DNA of 64,000 nt from IMG/VR virus record IMGVR_UViG_3300003322_000414, positions 6,855 through 70,854 of that record. The stretch is one strand, 5' to 3'. The notes beneath the pieces are model-generated. The model was not told the origin of the DNA. It was given only the letters and a program-made list of their open reading frames with translations, and did no database searches. This document shows, one piece after another, positions 19,779 through 30,029 of this stretch. Within the stretch, counting starts at the first letter, position 1, and the number at the start of each line of letters is the position of its first letter. The DNA is from a virus. A program made the translations under genes and the position numbers.

Positions 19779-20081
19779 CGGTTCTGCTCCTTCTGAATCT
19801 TGCGCGTGTTGGCCTTGCGGGACTGAACGAGGTGCACCAGCATGCTTCGCTGGAAGAGCTGGTTGGTCTTGCGTCGGCGCGTCGCCTTCTGGTACGAGCG
19901 GACCCGCCTCATCGTGTTCGTCACTTCATCACCAGGTGAACAGGGAGGAGGCCGTGGTTGACGAGCCAGGGCATGGCCTGCGTCATCAGCCACGCGCCTC
20001 CTCCGAACGAGAGCGCCAACATCAGGTTGCTCACGGTCGTCTGCATGATCCGGTCCTTGAGCCCCATGTCGGCGCTCCTTC

Positions 20082-23000
20082 CTAGTCGTCGGGGTCGATG
20101 ACCCACATGTGTGTACAGTGCACTGTCTTGCCGTAGAACGCCTTCTTCTCGACCCGCATGAGCACGAAGTCGTGGCCCAGGTTGATGCCCCAGAGGGCGT
20201 CCTTCAGCTTGGGGTACATCCACCTGTTGACCTTGACAGTCATCAGGCCGGACTCGTCCTCCATGTACAGCGTCATGCTGTCCTTGAGGTGCGGATCCTT
20301 CACGGTCGCCGGGTCGAGCTCGTCACCGGTTCGCGACCTGTGGTTCTCGTACAGGTCCTGAAGGTTGCGAGCTCGCACCGTCCCCATGATCACATGGACA
20401 GACTTCTTGGCGTCGTACGGGATGTTGTCGGCCAGGGTGTTGGGCAGCGGGACGGTTCCCAGCTGTCCGCGCCGGATGGCCTCCGTGATCGTCTCAGCGC
20501 CGTTCTTCAGCTTGTCCAGTTCGAACGGATCGTCCCTCTCGCAGAAGTCCTTGATCTTCTGCATCTTGGCCGGTCCGATGCCACGAACCTTAATCAGGTC
20601 GTCCCAACTTTGGAAACCCCCGAGTTCGTCGCGAGTCTCGAGGATGGCCCGCGAGTAGGACTCGCCGATGCCGCTGATCTGGTTGAACCCCGCCTGTACG
20701 CCACGTCCGCTCGGGTGCACCTCCCAGGTCTCTCCGGAGCTGTTGAGCTCCGGCGGGAACACCTTGAAGTCCCTGCCGTACCTCGCGTCACCGGCGTCGC
20801 GCATGATGGCGATGTCGTTGCGCTTCTTGGGGTCCGGCTTGGTCTTCCGCAGCTGAGCCGCGTAGAAGGCGAGCGGATGGTGCTGCTTGAGCCACTGGCA
20901 CCAGAATGCCAGCATGCTGTACGACACGCAGTGCGCCATGTTGAAGGCGTACGTGCCCGACGTGACCAGCTTCTTCCAGATCTTGTCGGCCAGCGCGTCG
21001 TCGATGCCCTGGGAGCGCGAGCCCTCCAGGAACGTCTGGTACAGCTTGTTGAAGGCGGCCTCGCCCTTCTTCTGCGAGATCACCTTCCGGATCTCCGACG
21101 CGTGGACCCACGGGAACTTGCCGACGTTCCGGCACAGCGCGAGGATCTGCTCCTGGTAGATGATCTGGTACTGGCTGTAGTGCGTGAGCTCGTCTACCAG
21201 TGGATGGAGATGCTCCACCTTCTGCCGTCCGTGCTTGACGGCGATGTAGTCACCCGTAGAACCAGAGTGAAGCGGCCCAGGGCGAGAGAGCGCGTTGATA
21301 TCGCAGAGCTCCAGGAACGTTGTGGGGGCCACTTCCTGGCAGACCATACGAGTCGTGCGACCCTCAAATTGGAAGATGCCCACCACATCAGCCCGCCGGA
21401 ACGCGTCGAGCGTCTTCTCGTCCTCCATGCTAATCGCATACAAGTCCTCCAGGGACATGCCGATCAGTTCGAGTGCGATTCGGATCATGCCCATTGTCTG
21501 GAGTCCGAGAGCGTCCAGCTTGAGCAGACCCAGGTACTCGCCGTCGTACTTGTCCACCGAAAGGACGGCGAGCGTCTTCTTCTCCTTTCCAACATTGTGC
21601 TTGGCGTACGTGGCCACGTACTCGTGAAGCGGCTTCGCTCCGACGACCACACCGGCCGCGTGAACTCCGAACCCCTTGAGGTTGCCCTCCAGAGCCAGCG
21701 AGTAGCGGAACTCGGGATACCGGTCGTACACCTCCTTGGCCTGTGGGAACTGGGCGATGGTGTCTTCAAGCGACGCGTCGAACCGGCTGTCACCGCCGGA
21801 ACGCTCGACCAGAACCTCCTTGATCTTGGCGGCCTCGAACACCGGGATCTCGTACACCCGAGCCACATCGTCGATCGAGTTCTTGCCCCGATACCTGGTG
21901 TAGGTTCCGATGTTGCCGACGCGGTCCTCGCCGTACCGCTTGATCATGTGCTGGCGAACGTAGTCTCGCTGCTCGTCATCGAAGTCCAGGTCAACGTCCG
22001 GAAGGTCGTGGCGGTTGGGGTCGATGAAGCGCTCGAACATCATCTGCGGGTACAGCATCGGGTCGATCTCGGTGATGCGCAGCAGATAGCAGACCAGCGA
22101 TGCGGCGGCGGACCCTCGGGCCGGACCGACCGGGATGCCCGCGTCCTTGGTGTGGCGGACGGCGTCCGACAGCATCAGGAAGTAGTCGACAAAGTCCTTG
22201 CTCACGATCAGGTCGAGCTCGTACTCGGCACGCGCCTTGTAGTTGAGCTGCCTGTCGCGCGGGAACTTGTTGAAGCCTCGGTACTTCCAGCCGTCGTTCA
22301 TCCACTTGCGGATCATGTCGACGGAGGACATGCCCTCCTTGTATCCCGGCTCGTCCTGAATCGGATAGCGAACCCGGTCCATGGTCGGGAGCAGGACCTC
22401 GCATCGGTCTGCGATCTCCGCCGTGGACGCGATGGCCTCCTCGGCTCCGCGCTTCGAGAGCCCGGTACCTCGCAGCCGGTCGTACACCATCTTGTCCGAC
22501 GTGGGGAACGTCAGTCGGATGTCGTACTCCCAGCCCGCCTCCGCTGCGGCCACGGTACCGATGTTGCGACCAGCCGCATGCAGAATCTTCTGAATCTCAT
22601 TGTCGTCCGGGAATGGATAATGGCAGTCCGATGTTGCAGCAAGCTTGATTCCGTACTTCTTCCCGACCTGCTCGTACCACTGATTGAGCTGGCCAGAGCG
22701 CGACAGTTCGGGGAACTGCTGCGTCTCCAGGTAGTAGCGATCTCCGAACAGCTTCTGGAAGCTGCGGAGCGTCTTGATGGCCGCGCGCTCGTCGCCCTTG
22801 CGGACCCACTTGCCTCCGAGGAGGTTGTTGGCCAACATGGAGTCGGCACAGCCCGAGAGGCAGATGAGCCCCTCATGGTGGTCCTTGAGCATCTCGCCGG
22901 TCACGGTCGGCCAGCGGTAGAACCCCTCGGACCAGGACCGCGTCACGATCTGGTTCAGGTTGTGCAGCCCGGTCTCGTTCATGGCCAGCAGCGTCAGGTG

Positions 23001-23282
23001 CGCCTTCTGGGACATGCCGACACGGACCTTGCCCATCTTGTCGACCCACTCCATCTCCCGCATGTTAGACGGAGCGGTGTACGCCTCCAGGCCGAACAGC
23101 GGTCGGACGCCGTACTTCTGGCACGACAGCATGTGCTTGACGTGCGACGAGATGTTGCCGTGCTCGGTCAGAGCCAGAGCCGACATGCCGAGGTCCGCCG
23201 CGCGCTTGGCGTGCGTGTCAGGCGAACCGTACCCGTCCATGTACGAATACGTCGTGTGATGGTGAAGCGAGACATACTTCAT
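20082..23282 (-). CDS. dnaE: DNA polymerase III alpha subunit (family C)
   Basis: PHP domain (LHHHTTYSYMDG, LTEHGN, ATSDCHY), GPARGSAAASLV, PDVDLDF, LLKLDALG, AFNMAH; ATGA overlap fixes the start at 23282. Confidence 0.95.
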   Translation of the reverse strand: MKYVSLHHHTTYSYMDGYGSPDTHAKRAADLGMSALALTEHGNISSHVKHMLSCQKYGVRPLFGLEAYTAPSNMREMEWVDKMGKVRVGMSQKAHLTLLAMNETGLHNLNQIVTRSWSEGFYRWPTVTGEMLKDHHEGLICLSGCADSMLANNLLGGKWVRKGDERAAIKTLRSFQKLFGDRYYLETQQFPELSRSGQLNQWYEQVGKKYGIKLAATSDCHYPFPDDNEIQKILHAAGRNIGTVAAAEAGWEYDIRLTFPTSDKMVYDRLRGTGLSKRGAEEAIASTAEIADRCEVLLPTMDRVRYPIQDEPGYKEGMSSVDMIRKWMNDGWKYRGFNKFPRDRQLNYKARAEYELDLIVSKDFVDYFLMLSDAVRHTKDAGIPVGPARGSAAASLVCYLLRITEIDPMLYPQMMFERFIDPNRHDLPDVDLDFDDEQRDYVRQHMIKRYGEDRVGNIGTYTRYRGKNSIDDVARVYEIPVFEAAKIKEVLVERSGGDSRFDASLEDTIAQFPQAKEVYDRYPEFRYSLALEGNLKGFGVHAAGVVVGAKPLHEYVATYAKHNVGKEKKTLAVLSVDKYDGEYLGLLKLDALGLQTMGMIRIALELIGMSLEDLYAISMEDEKTLDAFRRADVVGIFQFEGRTTRMVCQEVAPTTFLELCDINALSRPGPLHSGSTGDYIAVKHGRQKVEHLHPLVDELTHYSQYQIIYQEQILALCRNVGKFPWVHASEIRKVISQKKGEAAFNKLYQTFLEGSRSQGIDDALADKIWKKLVTSGTYAFNMAHCVSYSMLAFWCQWLKQHHPLAFYAAQLRKTKPDPKKRNDIAIMRDAGDARYGRDFKVFPPELNSSGETWEVHPSGRGVQAGFNQISGIGESYSRAILETRDELGGFQSWDDLIKVRGIGPAKMQKIKDFCERDDPFELDKLKNGAETITEAIRRGQLGTVPLPNTLADNIPYDAKKSVHVIMGTVRARNLQDLYENHRSRTGDELDPATVKDPHLKDSMTLYMEDESGLMTVKVNRWMYPKLKDALWGINLGHDFVLMRVEKKAFYGKTVHCTHMWVIDPDD

Positions 23283-23542
23283 TTGCAGTTTATCCTCACC
23301 CATGGGGAAGGCTCCAGCACAGCGCCTATCCGATTGCCCTCGGCGACTTGTGCCTCAAGCCATTCCAGGTATTTGTCCAGGTCGTTCCTCGTCACCTGGC
23401 ATATGCGACTTGTCGTCGCCTTCAGCGCCACGTGCCATCCCTGAATATACCGGTCCTTGTTGCCGGCATCGATCTCCCGTTTGGCTTTCAGGATCTCGTC
23501 CAACAACCATGTGATAGTCGATCTGCTGGGGGCTCCCGACAT
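23279..23542 (-). CDS. hypothetical protein
   Basis: AAGGA RBS, coupled to dnaE. Confidence 0.6.
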   Translation of the reverse strand: MSGAPSRSTITWLLDEILKAKREIDAGNKDRYIQGWHVALKATTSRICQVTRNDLDKYLEWLEAQVAEGNRIGAVLEPSPWVRINCK

Positions 23543-23618
23543 GTGTTGTCCTTTCGTGCAGAGACCGGTCCGTCCGCCGGAGGGGAGGCAGACGGGCCGG
23601 TCGGTCCTGCGGTGTGTG

Positions 23619-24623
23619 CTAGCTGCGGTCGAGCCACGAGGCGAGCGTGTTCAGCCCGGCCTCCTGCTCCTTCGCCATGACGTGCTGGTCCTTCTGCGCC
23701 CGCTCGATGAGAGCCTTGGGCACGAGGGCGAGCGGCTCACGGTCCGCGCCGGGGTAGGCCTCGTGGTAGTACCGAACCTTGCCGTCCACCTGCTCTGTGA
23801 CGACGCGGGCCGGACCGACCTTCAGCTCGGCGCTGTAGGGGTAGTGGTTGTGGTGCTGGAGGAAGTCGCCCTCGGCGAACTCCTCGCTGGCGAATCCGTC
23901 GGCTCCGTCGTTCCGGACCTTGAAGCCGTACGCGCCGTTCTCGCTGAGCGCCCGGAGCGAGGCTTCCCCCGGCGACCCGTCGGCCGCCCCGATCAGCCGA
24001 GCGCCCTCGTAGGCCTCACGCCGGGTCGCTCCGTCCCGCCGCATCCCGGCGACGACCTCGTGCAGGATGACGGACGCCCTCCGCGGAACGTCCTCGCCGT
24101 CTCCGAGCGACGCGGCGTGCTCGGCCTCGGATTGCTGCTCCTCCAGCATCTGCGTGGCGCGGGCGGCGACGAGCTCGCGGAAGGGCGGGTTCAGCAGGTG
24201 CGACATGTTGAGCGCCGCACGCGGGTCTCCGCCGGTCATCCGGAAGAACGCGTCCACAGCGGCGTCGTCCTCGGTGTAGGCGTACAGCCGGTCGGCCTCG
24301 TCCTTGACGCGCATCATCTGGAGCGTCAGGAACAGGTGGCCGATCAGGTCCGAGATGACCTCCTCGGTCTTCTCGAACTCCAGCTTCTCGTCGTCCCACA
24401 TGGCCCGCTTCAGCTTGGACATCTTCCTCCAGATGTCCGCGTACTGGCCCTTGATGCCGAGGACGCTGGCGTTGCCGTCGTCGCCCCCGCCGTACTCCGC
24501 GTTCTTCCGGGCGAACAGGAGCGCCCACTCGGGCACCAGGTGCTCGATGATGTCGCGGAGCTGCTGGCTGTCGTCGGGCTGGAGGCCGTACTTGACCTGA
24601 TCGCCTTCGCGGCTGACGTACAT
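23619..24623 (-). CDS. protein with N-terminal DUF1599/Nmad1-like (nucleotide-modification-associated, all-alpha NTP-PPase-like) domain
   Basis: LFARKNAEYG..YADIWRKMSKL..EEVISDLIGH resembles the KKNxDYG..DK..R..EDTLxD pattern of that family, judged by eye. Confidence 0.55.
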   Translation of the reverse strand: MYVSREGDQVKYGLQPDDSQQLRDIIEHLVPEWALLFARKNAEYGGGDDGNASVLGIKGQYADIWRKMSKLKRAMWDDEKLEFEKTEEVISDLIGHLFLTLQMMRVKDEADRLYAYTEDDAAVDAFFRMTGGDPRAALNMSHLLNPPFRELVAARATQMLEEQQSEAEHAASLGDGEDVPRRASVILHEVVAGMRRDGATRREAYEGARLIGAADGSPGEASLRALSENGAYGFKVRNDGADGFASEEFAEGDFLQHHNHYPYSAELKVGPARVVTEQVDGKVRYYHEAYPGADREPLALVPKALIERAQKDQHVMAKEQEAGLNTLASWLDRS

Positions 24624-24625
24624 GG

Positions 24626-25312
24626 TTACTTTCCTCCGGAGATCTCGACGATGGTGCCGGTCAGGTAGGTGGGGGACTGGAGCAGGTCACGCATGACCTG
24701 GGCGATCTCTGCCTTGGTGCCGCGACGTCCCATGGGGATCATGGAGCGCTCGTACTCGCTCGCCCGCTCCTGCGACCAGCCACGGATCGCCGGGACCGTG
24801 GCGTCGATGTAGGCCGTCATGTCCGTGTTGGCGATGATGCCGGGCGCAACGGCGTTGACCTGCCAGCGCGGTGCCAGCTCACGAGCCGCGCACCGGACAG
24901 CCATGTTGATGGCCGCCTTGCTGGAGCAGTACGAGATCGAGGTCCGCATTGCGATGCGGCTCGCGTCCGACGTGATGGCGACGATGGAGCCCGTGTGTTC
25001 CGGGAACCGGCTCACGTGTGCGTCCAGCATCCAGATGAAGCCCTCGACGTTGACGGCGAACGTGTCGTCCACGACGTCGTCCGTGATCTCGCCGATCCAC
25101 TGGAGCGTGTTGACGCCCGCGCAGTAGACCAGATAGTCGAACGGGCCGTTCTCGCTGATGTACTTGTGGACGGAGTACGGACTGCGAACGTCCAACTCCT
25201 CAACGCTCGGCGTGAGCCACTCGACCCCGCCGAAGCGCTCGTCCGTCTTGGCGTCCTCGACGAACTGCGCCCCGATGCCGGAGGTGCCTCCGATGACCAG
25301 GCCCTTACGCAT
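24626..25312 (-). CDS. short-chain dehydrogenase/reductase
   Basis: GGTSGIG Rossmann motif, YCAG, YCSSK (YxxxK), VNAVAPG. Confidence 0.9.
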   Translation of the reverse strand: MRKGLVIGGTSGIGAQFVEDAKTDERFGGVEWLTPSVEELDVRSPYSVHKYISENGPFDYLVYCAGVNTLQWIGEITDDVVDDTFAVNVEGFIWMLDAHVSRFPEHTGSIVAITSDASRIAMRTSISYCSSKAAINMAVRCAARELAPRWQVNAVAPGIIANTDMTAYIDATVPAIRGWSQERASEYERSMIPMGRRGTKAEIAQVMRDLLQSPTYLTGTIVEISGGK

Positions 25313-25952
25313 AGATGCCGGTTCCGTTCTTGTGCATGTTGATCAGCTCAAGGATGGTCTCCTTGGCTGCTTCCAGGGACCAGACGGCCATCTGGTCCGC
25401 TTCGGGCTCGTAGCCCTGGTTGGCCTCGTTGCGTCGCATGATGCTCGGCACACCCAGCCGGTTCGCTACTCCGATCTGGCTGAGGTCGTCGTCCAGCGCG
25501 CAGACCACACGGTCGCGGCCAACCGACTTCACGAGGTCCCTGTACTTGTGCTCGCCGTACAGGATGTGGTCGACCTTGATCCCGTTCCGGCGGAGCCAGT
25601 GCTGGGTGTCGAGGTCGATGGTGCTCATGGCGAGGTACGGCCGCGTCGTACAGGCGGCGACGCCCACACCCGCGCCACGGATCGCCCGGACCATCTCGGC
25701 GGCTCCGTCGAACACGGGGATGGAGCGCTTCATGCCGCCCATCCGATAGGCCAGCTTGCACTGGCGGTACACGGCCTTGCTCATACCGAGCTGCCTGTAG
25801 AACGGACCGACGACCTCCGGGTCCCAGGTCAGGTCGCGGCCCGTCCACATCTGCGCGAACCTCTCGAAGTGCCGGTGGTAGTCCCCCAGCGTTCCGTCAA
25901 GGTCCAGCGCCACCAGCGGAGCGCTAGGCCCCGGTCGGGTCGATCGGTACAT
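25305..25952 (-). CDS. HAD-superfamily phosphatase (5'-nucleotidase-like)
   Basis: ALDLDGTLGD, CTTR, LDDD motifs. Confidence 0.8.
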   Translation of the reverse strand: MYRSTRPGPSAPLVALDLDGTLGDYHRHFERFAQMWTGRDLTWDPEVVGPFYRQLGMSKAVYRQCKLAYRMGGMKRSIPVFDGAAEMVRAIRGAGVGVAACTTRPYLAMSTIDLDTQHWLRRNGIKVDHILYGEHKYRDLVKSVGRDRVVCALDDDLSQIGVANRLGVPSIMRRNEANQGYEPEADQMAVWSLEAAKETILELINMHKNGTGIYA

Positions 25953-26718
25953 CCGTCTGTACTCCGTCCATGATCTTGTTGGCCTCCTCCCAGGCCTGGT
26001 GCGAGAGGACGCCCTTGGTCCACTTACCGTACCGGCCCATCCGGTGAACGTCGGGGAAGCACCGGCACGACGTGCTCAGCGGCTTCTCGACTCGCCAGAT
26101 CTGGCCTTTGTACGCAAGCGGGTACTTGTTGTGCGGCCACTCCGTGTTGGTGAAGCCCTGGATCTTGCTGGCTCGGTACCAGTCGAAGCTGGCCTCGCCG
26201 TTGCACAGGACTGTGTTGTCCGAGAGCGTGCACTCAAGCTCGTTCGTGGACCACACCATCTCGGAGCGGAACTTGTGTCGGCTGTCGTAGCAGAGCACCT
26301 TGGCCGGGATGGTCGAGATGACCGCGTCCGGCTTCCAGTTGCGGATCAGGTTCGACAGAACCGACGGCGAGATGTCAACGTCCTGCACGTCGTGGCCGTA
26401 CATGGCCCACAGAGCGTCGTACGCCTCGCGGATGTCCCAGGCCAGGTGGCGGCCGAGCAGCGACTCCGGGCTGACCTCCACCCCGCTGTCCTTGCCGTAC
26501 ACCTTGTCCCGGTAACCGGCCACGTCGCCCGACAGCTCGTAGTTGATCTCGAACGGGTCGGCCAGCGACACGCCGGGGATCGGCGCGTGCAGGTACTGGG
26601 CTCCGTTCATGAACGACTTGCGAGCCTTGGACATGACGATGAAGTTCGCGCCCCGGTTGTACGCAGCATGCGCCGCGATCAGACCGGCCGGACCACATCC
26701 CAGGATCAAGACCTTCAC
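25924..26718 (-). CDS. FAD/NAD(P)-dependent oxidoreductase (remote UDP-galactopyranose mutase-like architecture)
   Basis: VLILGCGPAGLIAA dinucleotide-binding motif; C-terminal MGRYGKW. Confidence 0.7.
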   Translation of the reverse strand: MKVLILGCGPAGLIAAHAAYNRGANFIVMSKARKSFMNGAQYLHAPIPGVSLADPFEINYELSGDVAGYRDKVYGKDSGVEVSPESLLGRHLAWDIREAYDALWAMYGHDVQDVDISPSVLSNLIRNWKPDAVISTIPAKVLCYDSRHKFRSEMVWSTNELECTLSDNTVLCNGEASFDWYRASKIQGFTNTEWPHNKYPLAYKGQIWRVEKPLSTSCRCFPDVHRMGRYGKWTKGVLSHQAWEEANKIMDGVQTDVPIDPTGA

Positions 26719-26887
26719 GGGCTCTCCACTGTCTCAATCGGTTTCCTTCCGACCTCGTGGATCCGAGATCGGGTTGCTCCCGCTCGTGCGTGCGGAACGC
26801 ACTGGGAGTCTATCACGTGGACGCCGCCGCACGGCTGGAGCTTCTCGCACGTGCATCCGGGCTCTGCCGGCAGGCAGCAGACCAGGC

Positions 26888-27127
26888 TCACCGCTTCAGC
26901 ACCGAGAGGCCGGGGTGCGGCATCCTCTTGAACATGGCCAAGTCCCTGGGGTCGGCCCACCGCTTGGGGTTGAAGCCCCAAGCCTCCGCGTCGAAGTCGT
27001 CCGCCATGACCTGATGGTCGAGCCAGAGGTCCAGCAGCGCGTTCACGAGATCCATGTTGCCCTGGTCCTTAGCACTCTTGATGCGCATCTTCAGGTATTC
27101 CAGAGCCTCAGGCTGGATGTTCGGCAT
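26888..27127 (-). CDS. hypothetical protein
   Basis: Coupled TAATG start. Confidence 0.55.
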   Translation of the reverse strand: MPNIQPEALEYLKMRIKSAKDQGNMDLVNALLDLWLDHQVMADDFDAEAWGFNPKRWADPRDLAMFKRMPHPGLSVLKR

Positions 27128-27708
27128 TACAGGTTCACCACCCTCTGTCTGATGTCGTCCGGAAGCCAGAGGTCGTCAACCTCCATCGCGGCCTTGTCGG
27201 ACTTGTTCACACGCAGCTCGTAGCCATCATCCTCGGCGGGAACGGGCCACAGGGTCGGCCAGTACTCGTCTACCTCCTCCCACGGTACCTTGATGTCGAC
27301 CACGACCGCCTTGTGACGGAGCGCGGTCGACCAGTGCGACTTGATCAGGTCCTCGTCCTCGTACCATGCCGGCATCTCGAACGTGGCTCCGAGGCGGACG
27401 AGCTCCTTGCCAGCGTTGGCGAAGAGCCAGAACCAGCCGGGGTCGTCGTAGCGGTTGAGCCGCATCTCCTGGCAGGCCAGCGAGCCGTACACGCAGAGCG
27501 CGAGGTGGCTGTCTCGCCATCCCATCTCCGCTGCCGGCAACTTCTCAGCCCCGCCTTCGAGTCGGCTGTGCGCCGCTCCCAACACCCTGACCATGTCGGC
27601 CAGTTGGTCGTCCATCAGCCAGTCGAGCGTCAGCGTCGGACGCGGGTCAAGCCACCAGATGATGCGTGGCGCGTCGGTCACTTGAACCATCCTTCCACCT
27701 CGTCGCAC
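27127..27708 (-). CDS. possible pyrimidine-dimer glycosylase (T4 endonuclease V / MSMEG_6728-like) fold protein
   Basis: GWRDSHLALCVYG..C.E and MPAWYEDEDLIKSHWSTALRH..WP resemble that family, judged by eye. Confidence 0.45.
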   Translation of the reverse strand: MRRGGRMVQVTDAPRIIWWLDPRPTLTLDWLMDDQLADMVRVLGAAHSRLEGGAEKLPAAEMGWRDSHLALCVYGSLACQEMRLNRYDDPGWFWLFANAGKELVRLGATFEMPAWYEDEDLIKSHWSTALRHKAVVVDIKVPWEEVDEYWPTLWPVPAEDDGYELRVNKSDKAAMEVDDLWLPDDIRQRVVNL

Positions 27709-27878
27709 GAGACGCCGGGCTTGTGCTCCACGACGTCGATGATCTCGAAGCCCTGGTCCTCCAACTCATCAGCGCGGTCGTTGGCTCCGTCCTCGCTGTA
27801 CGAGACGACCGATGCCCGCACCTGGCCACGTTCGTCACGCCAGACCGGCTTGAAGCACCTGTACTTGGACTTGCTCAC
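27678..27878 (-). CDS. hypothetical protein
   Basis: Coupled GTGA start. Confidence 0.55.
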   Translation of the reverse strand: MSKSKYRCFKPVWRDERGQVRASVVSYSEDGANDRADELEDQGFEIIDVVEHKPGVSCDEVEGWFK

Positions 27879-28225
27879 CGCCTGTCCTCCATGCGGATCT
27901 CAAGACAGTTCGAGGACGTCGGCTTGACCAGCACGGTGGTGGCCGCGTAGATCTTCAGCGTGTCGCCCTCGACATGCACGTTGAACTCGTCGCCCCACGC
28001 CTTGCCCGTGGGGACCTTGAAGATGATGCGCGGGCTCTTGCCCAGCGCCTCGTTGTCGACCTCGTGCGGTCCCTGAAGGAAGGTGTTGCTGTCGCTCACG
28101 TCCTGTTCGAGTGCCTTCTGCAAGGTCCGGATAGATCCTCGCAGCGAGTTGATGTGGTCCTGAACCCACTTGGGCAGGCTGCCCTCTCGCGGGTCGATCT
28201 TGTAATACATGTCCACCTCCCTCAA
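27875..28225 (-). CDS. hypothetical protein
   Basis: GGAGG RBS, GC3 bias. Confidence 0.6.
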   Translation of the reverse strand: MREVDMYYKIDPREGSLPKWVQDHINSLRGSIRTLQKALEQDVSDSNTFLQGPHEVDNEALGKSPRIIFKVPTGKAWGDEFNVHVEGDTLKIYAATTVLVKPTSSNCLEIRMEDRR

Positions 28226-28288
28226 GGCCGCGCCCCGGCTGCGTCCAGCTCCCTGATGGGAGGCCGGGGCACGACGTTCAGGGGATGA

Positions 28289-28969
28289 TCAGAACTGCAT
28301 GTTCTTCACGAGGAAGTCGTCGCGGTCGCCCTGCTTGACGTCGACCGACGCGTCCAGCACCCGGAGCGTCCAGTGCTCGGGCTTCTCCGGCGTGGCGGGC
28401 TGTCGAGTCAGGACCGCGCAGCCGATGGTGTTCTTCGGACGCAGGAGCGACGGCTCGATGTACGCCACGGGCGTCTTGGTTCCGCCGGTGGAGTCGTACA
28501 GCGTGACCGTGATGTTCTTGGCCCGCTTCATGGACGAGCCCGGCTTGAACGCGGCAGCCGTCAGCACGATCTTCTTGATGCGCGGCGGCAGCTTGGCGAA
28601 CTCGATCCGGATGGTCTCGTCGTCGCCCGCTCCCTCGCCGGTCTGGTTGTCGCCCGTGTGGACGGCCGAACCGGCGTGCGCGGGCTCGTTGGCGAAGGAG
28701 TCCAGCTCGTCCCAGCCGAGGTACTTGATCGGCTTCTGCGGCGCGGTGTAGAAGACCGCGTTCCCGTCGAGGTCCGAGCCCGCCTTCCGGCTCAGCCAGC
28801 CGACGACACCACCGTGTCCGCCGGTCGACTTGTCCCAGCCCAGACCCATCTCCAGGACGTCGACGCCGGTGAGGTCGTTCTCGCTGCCGTCCGGCTCCAG
28901 GTTGGTCAGGGCGGAGTAGTCCACCTCGACGACGGGCGTGACGTACGGCTCCTTGGCGAGACTTGCCAT
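28289..28969 (-). CDS. terD: TerD/TerZ-family stress protein
   Basis: MGLGWD, SDLDG, HTGDNQTGEGAGDDETIRI signature. Confidence 0.9.
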   Translation of the reverse strand: MASLAKEPYVTPVVEVDYSALTNLEPDGSENDLTGVDVLEMGLGWDKSTGGHGGVVGWLSRKAGSDLDGNAVFYTAPQKPIKYLGWDELDSFANEPAHAGSAVHTGDNQTGEGAGDDETIRIEFAKLPPRIKKIVLTAAAFKPGSSMKRAKNITVTLYDSTGGTKTPVAYIEPSLLRPKNTIGCAVLTRQPATPEKPEHWTLRVLDASVDVKQGDRDDFLVKNMQF

Positions 28970-29138
28970 TGTGTCCAGCTCCTTCTCCGGGCCAGACAGC
29001 CCGGAATCGGTAGGAGCCCGCGTAAGGGCTCCGGGAAGCGGGGTCGGCCCCTTTGACCGACCCCGGCGTGCCAATCAGCGAGCGGCCCCAGAGAATCGCT
29101 TCTCGGGGCCGCTCTGGGTGGGACGGGACGCGCGCCGG

Positions 29139-30014
<876 letters not shown>

Positions 30015-30029
30015 GTGCTGAGTTCTCCT

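Noticed and set aside
20082-23282. Intein or intron in dnaE, terL or the primase
   Set aside because: Lengths are ordinary and no intein splice motifs or frame interruptions were seen
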